Assembly: GCA_965204755.1 (NCBI GenBank)
Contig: OZ242011.1
Coordinates: forward strand, 3,200,001 to 3,264,000
Direction: 5' to 3'
DNA length: 64,000 nt
DNA from: Candidatus Marinacidobacterium sp.
Lineage (GTDB): Bacteria; Acidobacteriota; Vicinamibacteria; Marinacidobacterales; Marinacidobacteraceae
Numbering within the stretch: position 1 is the stretch's first letter; each line of letters begins with the position of its first letter. Position numbers and translations under genes: made by a program. Positions 30,292 through 40,313 of this stretch are shown piece by piece. The notes under the pieces are model-generated. The model had not been told where the DNA came from, searched no databases, and saw only the letters and a program-made list of their open reading frames with translations.

Positions 30292-31025
30292 CCGCGGCGC
30301 CTTCCCGATCTCAGCGCCGGAAGGTGGCGATAGTAGGGCGGTCCCCAGTCCTCATCCGGGTTGTCGAGCATGATCTCGACGAAGACCGGGACGAGGAACT
30401 CCATGATGCGAGCGCCGGTCGTGACGGTGTCGCGGTTGAGAGTACTGTTCCAAGTCGAGCCGCCGTGCACCAACTGGTTGCGCAGCGTGTAGAGACGCTC
30501 GAAGAGAGTCGTGAGTACGGGTTTGGTCCGCTGTTCTCCCAGACTCCGGAACACGCGGCGGTTGGCTCCGGCGAACCAATACTTCCACTTCGCGTTTCCG
30601 GGCTTCCCGTTGGCGTGATCCCAGAAGGGGCCGAACAGGTATTCACTGGAGAGCAGTACTCTGACGGGGCCGGAGTACTTCGCCCAAATCGCGTCGAAGA
30701 TCTTGCTGTCCCGGTCCGAGCGAAGAAGCCGGCCGAAGAACTTGGCGAACTCACGCCGCTCCGTAGGCTCCTTGCCACCGGCTTCCTGACGCTCCCGGTC
30801 GGGAGATTCCGCCGAGACATCCCGGGCGTAAGCAGCGTTGAAGGCGATCCAGTAGAGGATGAAGGCGACATCGTGATCCCCGGCGTCGCGCTCCTGCTCG
30901 GCTCGCCGCAGCCACCGGATGGCGCGGTAGGTGCGGAGAGCGAGCGGGCCGAACGCCTTCCCGCGTTCCCATCTGCTCTCGTGCTTTCGCTGCAGGCTCT
31001 CGGCGGTGGGCGCCTGATGAGTCAT
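30288..31025 (-). CDS. HEPN-domain protein, copy 4
   Basis: FILYWIAFNAAY...LYTLRNQLVHGGSTW (RxxxxH). Confidence 0.85.
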   Translation of the reverse strand: MTHQAPTAESLQRKHESRWERGKAFGPLALRTYRAIRWLRRAEQERDAGDHDVAFILYWIAFNAAYARDVSAESPDRERQEAGGKEPTERREFAKFFGRLLRSDRDSKIFDAIWAKYSGPVRVLLSSEYLFGPFWDHANGKPGNAKWKYWFAGANRRVFRSLGEQRTKPVLTTLFERLYTLRNQLVHGGSTWNSTLNRDTVTTGARIMEFLVPVFVEIMLDNPDEDWGPPYYRHLPALRSGRRRG

Positions 31026-31108
31026 CCCAAGAAATCTCTGCGCGCGCCAATTCTATGGCTTCTCCGCCGATTCCGGTGAGGAACGATGCCTCCCGCGACG
31101 CGGGCGGA

Positions 31109-31777
31109 TCAGCCCCGGGGCCGCCTCTGCTGCAGCCCGGGCCGATAGTAGGGGCGTCCCCAGTCCCCGCCCGGGTTGCGACGCGTAATCTCCACGAAGA
31201 CGGGGACCAGGGCCGCCATGAGGTGCGCGCCGTGACCTACGGAGTCCCGGTTGCGGTCACCGCCCCAAGTCGCCCCGCCGTGGACCAGTTGGTTGCGCAG
31301 CGTCTTGAGTCGTTGGAATACGAGGTCGAGGATCATCCCCGGCGCCGCGCGGTCGTCGATCCGTGAAAGCGCGTCGCGGACGCGCGCCGTCTCCCGATCG
31401 AACTTCTCCCTCCACCGGGCATTCCGTGACCTCCCATTCATGAAGAGCCAATAGGGCTCGTAGAGATACCGGTTCGCTACCAGAGCCTTGATACGGCCGG
31501 CGTTTTCTCGGATGGCGTTCTGGATGTCCCGGCTGCCGTCGGAATCCAAGAGGGTCTGAAAGTAGGCCCGTATCTCGTCGCGGGTCCGGGGAGCGTCGGA
31601 GGCGAAATCGGGCGAGACATCGGTAGCGAAGGCTGCGTTGAACGCGACCCAGTAGAGGATGAACGCCACATCCAGGTCGCCGGCCTCCCGTTCGCCGACG
31701 GCGCGCTTCAACCAAGCGTCCGCCCGGCGCATGCGTACCCGGAAGTGGTACGCCCGGTCGTCTCCTGCCGGGGACAT
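31109..31777 (-). CDS. HEPN-domain protein, copy 3
   Basis: FILYWVAFNAAF...LKTLRNQLVHGGATW. Confidence 0.85.
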   Translation of the reverse strand: MSPAGDDRAYHFRVRMRRADAWLKRAVGEREAGDLDVAFILYWVAFNAAFATDVSPDFASDAPRTRDEIRAYFQTLLDSDGSRDIQNAIRENAGRIKALVANRYLYEPYWLFMNGRSRNARWREKFDRETARVRDALSRIDDRAAPGMILDLVFQRLKTLRNQLVHGGATWGGDRNRDSVGHGAHLMAALVPVFVEITRRNPGGDWGRPYYRPGLQQRRPRG

Positions 31778-31863
31778 CGCGAAACTCGGGCCGGAGCGGG
31801 CGACTTAGGGGCCGATGTGCCCCCGTCGGGCGATCTCCCCGGCAAGCGCGGCCCTATCGACCG

Positions 31864-32544
31864 TCATTCCCGGAATCGTCCGCTCTTCAGGCCGGGTGGG
31901 TACATGGGCACGCCCCAGCACTTCTGCGGGTTGGCCCGCATGAGGTCCACGAGGATCGGGACGAGGCGATCCATGACCCGGGCGCTGTTGCGAACGGAGT
32001 CTCGGTTGAAGGAACTGCGCCAGCGCGCGCCGCCGTGGACGAGTTGGTTGCGGAGCGTGTAGAGGCGCCGGAAGAGGGTGATCAGGATTTTCTTGGTGTT
32101 CCGTTCCCGCAACTCGAATTCCAGTTGGCGCTGGACATCCGTGAACCGCGTCTTCCAGCGGCCGGTTCCGCGCTGCCCGTGCGTGGAGTCCCAGAACGGC
32201 CCGAACAGGTACTCGTTCGCGAAGAGGGAAGTGACCGTGTCTCGGAGGTCCCCCCACAGCGCTGCTTCGATGGCGCGGTCTTCGTCCAGGGACAGGAGTG
32301 TTTCGAGGTACTTCTCGAACGCGCCGCGCTCCGATAGCCTCTCGTCGGAGAAGTCCCGGGAGATGTCCCTCGCATAGGCCGCGTTGAAGGCGATCCAGTA
32401 GAGGAGGAAGGCCAAGTCGGGATCGTCCCCGTCCCGCGCCGTCTCGGCGCGTTCCATCCAGGTGTCGGCTCGGCGAAGGCGCACCGAGAAGGAGTGGAGC
32501 GGCTCGCCCCTCTGGGCGGGCGCTTCGCCAGAGTCCGAGATCAT
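31864..32544 (-). CDS. HEPN-domain protein, copy 2
   Basis: FLLYWIAFNAAY...LYTLRNQLVHGGARW; ATG 32544 overlaps the upstream stop. Confidence 0.85.
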   Translation of the reverse strand: MISDSGEAPAQRGEPLHSFSVRLRRADTWMERAETARDGDDPDLAFLLYWIAFNAAYARDISRDFSDERLSERGAFEKYLETLLSLDEDRAIEAALWGDLRDTVTSLFANEYLFGPFWDSTHGQRGTGRWKTRFTDVQRQLEFELRERNTKKILITLFRRLYTLRNQLVHGGARWRSSFNRDSVRNSARVMDRLVPILVDLMRANPQKCWGVPMYPPGLKSGRFRE

Positions 32545-33212
32545 TCCGGATTCATTTTCCCTTGAAGTCCGGGACGGTAATAGGGAATGCCCCACTGCTC
32601 CCCTCGGTGCTGCCGAATGATTCGGACGAAGGCCGGAACCAAGTGCGCCATGATGGGGAGGCCGTGTTCGACGGAACTACGGTTGTACCGACTCTTCCAA
32701 GTCGCGCCGCCGTGGACGATCTGGTTGCGTAGCGTGGCCAAGCGCTGGAACAACAGGGAAAGAAGCGTCTTGGCGCGGACCTTCGGGGCCCGGCGCGTGG
32801 CGTTTCTCACGCTGGCGAGTTGATCGTCGAACCGCTGCCGCCAGTTCTCGTTCCCCTTTCTGCCGTTTACGAAGTACCAATATCTCTTGAAGAGATACTT
32901 GTTGTTCAAGATCTCATGCATGGGACCGGTGAATTTCTCCAACGCGCGGACGATCTCACCGTTATCGTCGAAGCGCAGAACCTGCGCGAAGCACTTGTGA
33001 AATTCCCGGTGAGTATTCGGAGACTCCGAGTCGTCGGTCGCGAAGGCGGCGTTGAACGCAATCCAGTAGAGGACGAAGGCGACATCCCAGTGGCCCGAAG
33101 ACAGGTCGCCTGATTGGTGCGCCCTTCTGGCGCACGCGAGCCAAGATTCAGCGCGGCGGAGCCGCGTCTCGATGTTGCTGAAGTAGGACGAATCGTCGTA
33201 GTCGATCGTCAT
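32541..33212 (-). CDS. HEPN-domain protein, copy 1
   Basis: FVLYWIAFNAAF...LATLRNQIVHGGATW; real start ATG 33212 inside a long shadow ORF. Confidence 0.85.
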   Translation of the reverse strand: MTIDYDDSSYFSNIETRLRRAESWLACARRAHQSGDLSSGHWDVAFVLYWIAFNAAFATDDSESPNTHREFHKCFAQVLRFDDNGEIVRALEKFTGPMHEILNNKYLFKRYWYFVNGRKGNENWRQRFDDQLASVRNATRRAPKVRAKTLLSLLFQRLATLRNQIVHGGATWKSRYNRSSVEHGLPIMAHLVPAFVRIIRQHRGEQWGIPYYRPGLQGKMNPE

Positions 33213-33265
33213 GCGGACAGGCGAGGAGGTAGGGTGAGGCGAAGTCCGGCCGGAGGTGTCTGCCG

Positions 33266-35431
33266 CTACTCCACCCCCAAGTGGTGGAGGACGAAGGCCC
33301 AGCGGTCGGCTTCGAGTTCGATGCGCATGGAGACGGGCATTCCGCCGCCGTGGCCGGCGCTCTTCTGGACGCGCAGGAGGACCGGGTCGGCGCCGCCGCC
33401 GTGGACTTCCTGGAGACGGGCGGCGTACTTGAACGAGTGGCCCGGGGCCACCCGGTCGTCGTGGTCGGCGGTGGTCACCAGGGTAGGCGGGAAGTCGGGA
33501 CTGTCCTCGACATTGTGGTACGGGGAGTACGCGCGCAGGACGGGGAACATCTCCGGGTCGTCGGGGCTTCCGTAGTCGGAAGTCCACGCCCAGCCGATGG
33601 TGAAGCGGTGGAAGCGGAGCATGTCCATGACGCCCACGGCGGGGAGGGCGGCGCCGAACAGTTCGGGCCGCTGGTTGAGAACCGCGCCCACCAAGAGGCC
33701 GCCGTTCGAGCCGCCGGCGATGGCGAGCCGGTCGGGCTGCGTCACGGAGTCGTGGATCAGGAATTCGGCGGCGGCGATGAAGTCGTCGAACACATTCTGC
33801 TTGTTCTCGAGCATCCCGCCCCGGTGCCAGGGCTCCCCGTACTCGCCGCCGCCCCGCAGGTTGGCCTGGACATACACGCCGCCACGCTCCAGGAAGACGA
33901 GAGTCGAGGGGTTGAAGGAGGGGCGCAGGCTGATGTTGAAGCCGCCGTAGCCGTAGAGCAGCGTGGGGTTCTCCCCGTCGCGCTGCATGTCCTTCCGGTG
34001 GGTCAGGAACATCGGTACTTCGGTTCCGTCGTCGGAGGAGTAGAACACCTGGTTCGTCTCGTAGTCGTCGAAGTCGAACGGGGCGTCGGGCTCGTAGTGC
34101 GGGGAGACTTCTCCGCTTTCGAGGTCGTAGCGGTACACCGTCGGCGGGGCGAGGAACGACGAGAAGACGAAGTGGAGCGCGTCGTCCGATCTTCCGCCGG
34201 TCAACTGCGAGACCGAGCCGATGCCGGGAAGCGGCGCGTTCCGCTCGAAGGCGCCGTCGAGCGTATGGACGGCCAGCCGGCTCTTCGCGTCGTCGAGGTA
34301 GGCGAGCGCCAGCCGGTCGCCGACGATTCGCGCGCGTTCCAGCGTGTCCTCGTGTTCCGGGACCACTTCCAGCCAGTTCTCCGGCGCCGGCCGCGCGAGG
34401 TTCACGGCGACCACCCGGTAGCGGGGGGCGTCCCGGTCGGTGAGGAAGTAGAACCGGGGGCCGTCGTTCCCCAGGAACTCGTAGGACGCGTCGAACTCGT
34501 CCAGCAGCGGGACGACTTCGCCGGAGAGGTCCGGCGCGCTCCCGCCGCCGAGATCGAGCACTTGGATCCGCTTCCGTTCGTCGGTGCCCTCGCCGACCGT
34601 GAAGACCACATACCGTCCGTCGTCCGAGACTCGGGCGCCGACACCCCATTCCGGCCGGTCGGGCCGGGCGAACACCACCCGGTCGGAGTCCTGCGGCGTC
34701 CCCAACTCGTGGTACCAGACGGTCTGGTTCTCGGTGATTCCCCCCTGCGCGGCGTCCGGATCCGGTTCCGGGTACCGGCTGTAGAAGAACCCGGCGTTGT
34801 CGCGGGTCCACGAGGCGCCGGAGAACTTGATCCACTGCAGTCGGTCGTCGAGATTCCTCCCGCTCTCGACTTCCATCACCCGCAACTCCCGCCAGTCGGA
34901 GCCGGACTCACCGAGGGCATAGGCGAGCAGCGTCCCGTCCTCGGTGAAGGAGGTGGCGCCGAGGCTCACCGTTCCGTCCTCCGAGAGCGAGTTCGGGTCG
35001 AGCAGCGCCTCCCACTCCGCCTGCGGATCCCCGGGATCGCCGAGCCGGTAGAGCACATCCTGATCCTGCAGCCCGTCGTTCGCGCGGACGAACCAGTGCT
35101 CCCCGAACCGGAAGGGGGCGCTCCGCCGCGCGTAGTTCCACAGTTCCGTCAGCCGATCCCGCAGCGCGTCCCGGCCGGGAAGGGAGCGCAGGTGCTCGAA
35201 GGTGACCTCGTTCTGCGCGTCCACCCACTCCAGGACCTCGGGATCGTGGTCGTCTTCGAGCCACCGGTACGGATCCTCGACGGTGACCCCGTGCAGCGTC
35301 TCCGACACGGCCTCCCGGCGCGTGTCCGGGTAGTCGAACCCGCCCCCGCACGCCGCCAGGAGCGCCAGCGCCAGTCCCGGCGCCGCCGCGAGCGACGCGA
35401 GTTCGAGACCGATGGATCGCTTCGATTTCAT
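33266..35431 (-). CDS. prolyl oligopeptidase (S9A) lipoprotein
   Basis: LAAC lipobox, DPYRWLE, GYGGF, GGSNGGLL, DHDDRV, AGHG. Confidence 0.95.
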   Translation of the reverse strand: MKSKRSIGLELASLAAAPGLALALLAACGGGFDYPDTRREAVSETLHGVTVEDPYRWLEDDHDPEVLEWVDAQNEVTFEHLRSLPGRDALRDRLTELWNYARRSAPFRFGEHWFVRANDGLQDQDVLYRLGDPGDPQAEWEALLDPNSLSEDGTVSLGATSFTEDGTLLAYALGESGSDWRELRVMEVESGRNLDDRLQWIKFSGASWTRDNAGFFYSRYPEPDPDAAQGGITENQTVWYHELGTPQDSDRVVFARPDRPEWGVGARVSDDGRYVVFTVGEGTDERKRIQVLDLGGGSAPDLSGEVVPLLDEFDASYEFLGNDGPRFYFLTDRDAPRYRVVAVNLARPAPENWLEVVPEHEDTLERARIVGDRLALAYLDDAKSRLAVHTLDGAFERNAPLPGIGSVSQLTGGRSDDALHFVFSSFLAPPTVYRYDLESGEVSPHYEPDAPFDFDDYETNQVFYSSDDGTEVPMFLTHRKDMQRDGENPTLLYGYGGFNISLRPSFNPSTLVFLERGGVYVQANLRGGGEYGEPWHRGGMLENKQNVFDDFIAAAEFLIHDSVTQPDRLAIAGGSNGGLLVGAVLNQRPELFGAALPAVGVMDMLRFHRFTIGWAWTSDYGSPDDPEMFPVLRAYSPYHNVEDSPDFPPTLVTTADHDDRVAPGHSFKYAARLQEVHGGGADPVLLRVQKSAGHGGGMPVSMRIELEADRWAFVLHHLGVE

Positions 35432-35465
35432 GATTCCTCTTCCTCTCCCGGATCGGGCCGGGACC

Positions 35466-36797
35466 TCACCGCGCGCCGGGCCAGCGGAGAACGAGCACTT
35501 CTTCACGCAGTCGGTCTTTGGTGGCCGTCGCCGCGCGAGTGCGAAAGAGATCCGTCCGGACGACTTCGTAGCCCAGGGATTCCGCGACGATGCCGAGCAG
35601 TTCGCCGGTGCGGATCAGGACTCGGAAATAGGAGGCTTGGTCGCCGACGACATAGGCGAGGACGGCGCCCGGTTTGAGGACGCGGCGGAGCGCGGCGAAG
35701 TGGCGGGCCATGCCCCCGAAGTAGAGCAGGGTGACGCGGTGGTCGTTGCGCTCGAAGCCGGAGGTCTTGCCGAGTTCCGAGCGGCGCTCCTCGATGAGCC
35801 GGGCGACCTGCTGCACCGGTTCGATGCGCTCGATGAGTCGGTGGTCGTCGTCGGTCTTGTAGACGCTGCGCGTGTTGGAGCGGACGAGGGTCTTCTTCAG
35901 GCCGCGCAGTTCCTCCATGTTCCGGGCGAAGCCGAGCAGGACGGTCTCGAGCCGGGTCGTCCGCGAATAGTCCTTCTCGTTCGGGTACGGCGGGGAAGTG
36001 ATGACGAAGTCCACCGACTCGGGTTCGAGGCGCGCGGGATCGCGGGCGTCGGCGCGATGGACTCGGCCGGCGCCGGAGGAGCGGAGGCGGGAGACGCGGC
36101 GGAGGTCCTCGGCGATTCCGCGAACCCGCGACAGCCAGGAGTCCACGACCGGGGCGTCCTCCTTGAGGTGGCGAACGCCGACTTCCGGGCCGAAATGCAG
36201 GTTGCTGGCATCGTGGACGATCGTCGTCGCGAGCGCCAGCCGCTCATGCCGCGCCGGTTGGCCGGCGCCCGCGGCCTCCTCGTCGAGGGCTTCGAGCAGC
36301 GCGAGCGTCCGGTCGAGAGGACGGGGGCTGATGGAGTCCTTGATGAGCAGGCGTTGCGCGGCGTCGGGAAGCGTCCGCAGGGCGCGCCCGTTGCGCCGCG
36401 CTTCGAGCCGCGCGGCCCGGACCGCGACGCGCTGCGCGCGCCGGACGAGATCCTCCGGCGGCGGAGTCCAGTCGGTCTTGACGCTGCTGGCGAAGTGGGC
36501 CATCGGCATCGCTTCGAGGCCGACGGCGGAAACGCCGAGTTTGCGGCTTTCGACGAGCGTCGTCCCCGTTCCGCAGAACGGGTCCAGGACGACGCTGTCC
36601 TCGTTCGCGCCGAACTCCGAGAGGTACCGGCGGACGAGATGGGCCGGGAACGAGAGGACGAACCGGTACCAGCGGTGGACGGCCGTGTCCTCTTCTCGCA
36701 GCCGGTTGATCGAGGCGCGGGCGTCGGTCGGACCGGGAGCCGGGAGCGTCGGGAAGAGCGTCGGGGTCGGCGCCCGCCGGGCGGCGGTCGAGGGCAC
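35466..36797 (-). CDS. DNA methyltransferase, alpha order, SPPY (likely m4C)
   Basis: HRWYRF..SFP, VLDPFCGTGTT (motif I) preceding ITSPPY (motif IV). Start approximate. Confidence 0.85.
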   Translation of the reverse strand: MPSTAARRAPTPTLFPTLPAPGPTDARASINRLREEDTAVHRWYRFVLSFPAHLVRRYLSEFGANEDSVVLDPFCGTGTTLVESRKLGVSAVGLEAMPMAHFASSVKTDWTPPPEDLVRRAQRVAVRAARLEARRNGRALRTLPDAAQRLLIKDSISPRPLDRTLALLEALDEEAAGAGQPARHERLALATTIVHDASNLHFGPEVGVRHLKEDAPVVDSWLSRVRGIAEDLRRVSRLRSSGAGRVHRADARDPARLEPESVDFVITSPPYPNEKDYSRTTRLETVLLGFARNMEELRGLKKTLVRSNTRSVYKTDDDHRLIERIEPVQQVARLIEERRSELGKTSGFERNDHRVTLLYFGGMARHFAALRRVLKPGAVLAYVVGDQASYFRVLIRTGELLGIVAESLGYEVVRTDLFRTRAATATKDRLREEVLVLRWPGAR

Positions 36798-36814
36798 GCG
36801 GCTGCCGGGGGAGG

Positions 36815-39800
36815 TCAGCGGGCGGAGGCGCCCGGCGGGGGAGGGGTGTCCTGCGTCCAGAACGGTTCGTACGGCGGGCGTTCCACCGGCCAGATCTGCG
36901 CCATGGTGTTCGCGTCGAACAGTTCGCCGTTCCGCATCACGAACCGCACCGAGTTGGTGTTGCGGAGGTCTTCCAGCGGGTTCTCGTCGAGCACCTGGAG
37001 GTCGGCGAGTTTTCCGGGAGCGAGCGAGCCGAGATCCTCGGCGAGCCCGATGGCTTCGGCGCCGAAGAGGGTGGCGGCGATGAGGGTCTCGTGTTCGGAC
37101 AGCCCGCCGGAGCCCATCGCCCAGATCTCCCAGTGGGCGCCCAGCCCCTGGAGTTGGCCGTGGCTTCCGAGGGCGCATCGCCCGCCGGCGCGGATGACCC
37201 GCGTGCAGCCTTCGGCGATGCCGGCGTGGACATATTCCTCGGGGAGGAACCATTGGCCGCGCCGCCGCACCATGTTGTCCAGGATCGCGGCGGGGATGAA
37301 GCGCGCGAGTTTCTCGTCGCCGGCGACATCGGTGTTCTGGAAGTAGTAGTTCTCCGACCAGGGGCCGCCGTAGGCCACCAGGATCGTGGGCGTGTAGTAG
37401 GTCTTCGTCCGCGCCACATACTGCGCCACATCGTCGTAGATCGGGATGATCGGCAGGCTGTGTTCGTTGCCGGAGTACCCGTCGGCCATCTGCGTGAGGT
37501 CGAGTTTCAGGTCGAGCGCGCCTTCGGTCGTCGGCGTCAGCCGGTGCTTCGCCGAGGCGAGCGCCACCCATTGGCGGACGATCCGGTCGCCGACGACATA
37601 CTGCTTGACGGTCATCGAGTCGTAGGACTCGGCGTATCGCTTCAGGAAGAGGTCGGCGGCCTCTTCGTCGTAGACGCCCGACCGCGAGAAGATGCCCGGC
37701 CCGGTGGCGTAGATGCGCGGCGCGGTGATCCGTCCGATCTCCTGCAGGTCGCGGTAGGCGAAGACATCGGCGGTGGAAGTCTGCGGATCCCGAGTCGTGG
37801 TGACGCCGTAGGCGAGGTTCGCGAGGTGCTGGAAGACCTGCCGCTGGTGCACGCCGCGCGGCGCCCACATGTGCGCGTGGGCGTCCACATACCCCGGCAG
37901 CACGGTCTTGCCGGAGACATCGAAGACCCGGGCGCCTTCGGGCGCTTCGAGTACGGCGCCGACCGCGCGGATGCGGTTGTCTTCGACGAGCACATCGCCG
38001 CCGGCGATCACTTCCTCGCCCTCCATGGTGATGACCCGCGCGGCGTTTCGCAGCAGGATCGTCCCCTCGGGACGGGCGCGCGGCTCGGTTACCAGTGCGG
38101 TGAAGACCTCGCCGTCCGGCGCGGAACGGTGTTCGCCGTCTTCGCGCTCCTCTCCCTCGCCGCGCTCCGCGTCCTCGTCGCCGTCTTCATGCGCGGCTTC
38201 GTCCGCGTCCGCCGCGGCGGCGATGATGGAAGCGATCGGACGGCGGTGGATCCGGTTGCCGAGCGACCAGACCACGGCGTCCCCGGCGGCGCTCCACGAA
38301 AGGTGGCTTCCCCCCTCCGGCGCCGCCTCGCGCACCGGCGCCGGCGTTTCGCCGCCGCCGACCTCGATTTCCAGGGTCTTTCCGCCGGCGGCGGGCGTCT
38401 CGACCAGGTAGTGCCTGTTCTGCAACTCGAAGAACGCCCGGCTCCCGTCCGGGGAGAGGACGATCTGGCTGGCCGGCGGCGGGTTACGCCCGGCGCCGCG
38501 CCCGGTGACCTTCAGATGGGTTCGCCGGTCGGCGCCGTCGAGCCGCAGCGAGTAGAGCCCCTCGCGACCGGTCAGGTACACGCGGTCGGGTTCCGCCGCG
38601 AAATGCGGGAATCGGCCGCCCTCCGCCGGGCCGATCACCACCGGGTCGGCCGGCGCGCCGGACGCCGTAACGAGCAGGAGTTCGCTGAGTTCGGCCGGGC
38701 GCATACCGCCGATCTCTTCCTCCTCGCCGTAGAGGTCGGTGCGCCCGAACGCTGCCCGCAGGTAGGAGTAGAGATGCTCCTTGACCGGCGCCCGGCGGAC
38801 GACGATCCGGTCGCCGTCCGGCGTCCAGACCGGTTCGGCGTAGAACGCCGGCGTCTGCGTCCGGGCGGTTCCGCTGCCGCCGGCCGCGGGGACGGTCATC
38901 ACCTGGCCGCCGTCGCCCGACCAGGTCACATAGGCGACGGCGGCGCCGTCGGGTGACCAGGCGGGCATGAACTCGTCTTCGTCCGAGTCGGTGAGCCGCA
39001 CCGGCGCCCCGCCGGGCAACTCCATCCGGTAGAGGCGGCTGAACGCCGAGAACACCGCCGCGCTCCCGTCCGGCGAAATCCGCGGCCAGCGCACGATCCG
39101 CGCGGTTACCGCGTCGCCGTCGTCCACCCGGCGGGGGTAGTAGAGCCGGGGAGCGACTTCCGCCCGCACTTCCGCCCGGAACGGAATCTCGGTCATCGCT
39201 CCGGTGTCGAACTCGATGCGGAAGATCCCGCCGTTCACCGGCGCGATCAGCGCATCGCCCTCCGGCGTGAAGGCGTAACCGGGCATGGTGTCGCGGCTGG
39301 CGCGCGACTCCTGGTCGTCCCGGGTCACGCCGTTCACCAGCCATCTTTCCTCGCCGGACTCCAGGTCGCGTACGCGGAGCGCGGTGTTCGTCCGGTGCCG
39401 GGTGGCGTACGCCAAGTGGTTGCCGTCGGGGCTCAGCAGCGGGCGCATGGCGCTGCCCGGGGCGCTGGTGATCGTGGTCTCTTCGCCGGTCTTCCGGTCG
39501 AAACGCACGACCTGCCAGATGGGGAACTGCGCGTTGTAGTTGAAGGTTCCGCGCCGCTCCGAGAAATAGACGAACCGGCCGTCCGGGGAGGCGACCGCGC
39601 CCAGGCGATTCACCGGTTGCGGCCCGCCGCCGCCCGGAGTCGGCTCCGGCGGCGCGTCGCCGAGTCGGATGCCGGATCCCCCGTCCCGGTGGATCAGGAA
39701 GACCGAAGCGGTCCGCTCCGGCGGGCGCGAACGCGAGACCAGCAGGTAGTCCCCGTCCGCCGTCCAACTCGGGGAAACCATGAGTTGGGGGCGGTCCCGG

Positions 39801-40255
39801 GTGGGCTTGTCCTCGGTCACCGCGCGGGGGTTCGTCCCGTCGGCATCGGCGATCCAGAGGTTCTCCACGCCGCTGCGGTCGCTGAGGTAAGCGATTTCGC
39901 CGCCGTCCGGGGAATAGACCGGTTGGCTCTCGAAGGAGATGCCGCCGACGATCCGGGTTGCGTCGCCGCCGGTGATCGGCAGGGTGTAGAGGTCGCCGAG
40001 CAACTCGAAGACGATGGTCTGCCCGTCGGGAGACACATCGAGCGACATCCAGGTCCCCTCGGTAACGGTGAACTCGAGGGTCTCCGACGCGGCGAGCGGA
40101 AGTCCTTCGTCCTTTCCGTCCGAGTCGGCGTGGTCTTCGTCCGCGTCCTGCGGGGCGAAGGGGGAGGCCGCGGCGGGCGGCGCCGGGAGGAGGAGACCGA
40201 AGAGCGCGAGGGCGAGGAGCCCCGCGCGGCGGTGTTTCGAGAGGGCGCGGGGCAT
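36815..40255 (-). CDS. TolB/PD40 propeller + amidohydrolase fusion, exported
   Basis: EGTWMSLDVSPDG, repeated P.(W/Y)SPDG, PGYVDAHAH, GSLAPGKLADL. Confidence 0.9.
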   Translation of the reverse strand: MPRALSKHRRAGLLALALFGLLLPAPPAAASPFAPQDADEDHADSDGKDEGLPLAASETLEFTVTEGTWMSLDVSPDGQTIVFELLGDLYTLPITGGDATRIVGGISFESQPVYSPDGGEIAYLSDRSGVENLWIADADGTNPRAVTEDKPTRDRPQLMVSPSWTADGDYLLVSRSRPPERTASVFLIHRDGGSGIRLGDAPPEPTPGGGGPQPVNRLGAVASPDGRFVYFSERRGTFNYNAQFPIWQVVRFDRKTGEETTITSAPGSAMRPLLSPDGNHLAYATRHRTNTALRVRDLESGEERWLVNGVTRDDQESRASRDTMPGYAFTPEGDALIAPVNGGIFRIEFDTGAMTEIPFRAEVRAEVAPRLYYPRRVDDGDAVTARIVRWPRISPDGSAAVFSAFSRLYRMELPGGAPVRLTDSDEDEFMPAWSPDGAAVAYVTWSGDGGQVMTVPAAGGSGTARTQTPAFYAEPVWTPDGDRIVVRRAPVKEHLYSYLRAAFGRTDLYGEEEEIGGMRPAELSELLLVTASGAPADPVVIGPAEGGRFPHFAAEPDRVYLTGREGLYSLRLDGADRRTHLKVTGRGAGRNPPPASQIVLSPDGSRAFFELQNRHYLVETPAAGGKTLEIEVGGGETPAPVREAAPEGGSHLSWSAAGDAVVWSLGNRIHRRPIASIIAAAADADEAAHEDGDEDAERGEGEEREDGEHRSAPDGEVFTALVTEPRARPEGTILLRNAARVITMEGEEVIAGGDVLVEDNRIRAVGAVLEAPEGARVFDVSGKTVLPGYVDAHAHMWAPRGVHQRQVFQHLANLAYGVTTTRDPQTSTADVFAYRDLQEIGRITAPRIYATGPGIFSRSGVYDEEAADLFLKRYAESYDSMTVKQYVVGDRIVRQWVALASAKHRLTPTTEGALDLKLDLTQMADGYSGNEHSLPIIPIYDDVAQYVARTKTYYTPTILVAYGGPWSENYYFQNTDVAGDEKLARFIPAAILDNMVRRRGQWFLPEEYVHAGIAEGCTRVIRAGGRCALGSHGQLQGLGAHWEIWAMGSGGLSEHETLIAATLFGAEAIGLAEDLGSLAPGKLADLQVLDENPLEDLRNTNSVRFVMRNGELFDANTMAQIWPVERPPYEPFWTQDTPPPPGASAR

Positions 40256-40313
40256 GGCGTTCGATTCTAGTGGCCGGTCGGCGGGCCGGCTCCGGGCCGA
40301 GTCGCGGCCGGAT

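Noticed and set aside
31805-31867. 20-aa ORF coupled to the HEPN copy 2 stop
   Set aside because: It ends 27 nt before the next start, so it is not a relay; no evidence it is functional.
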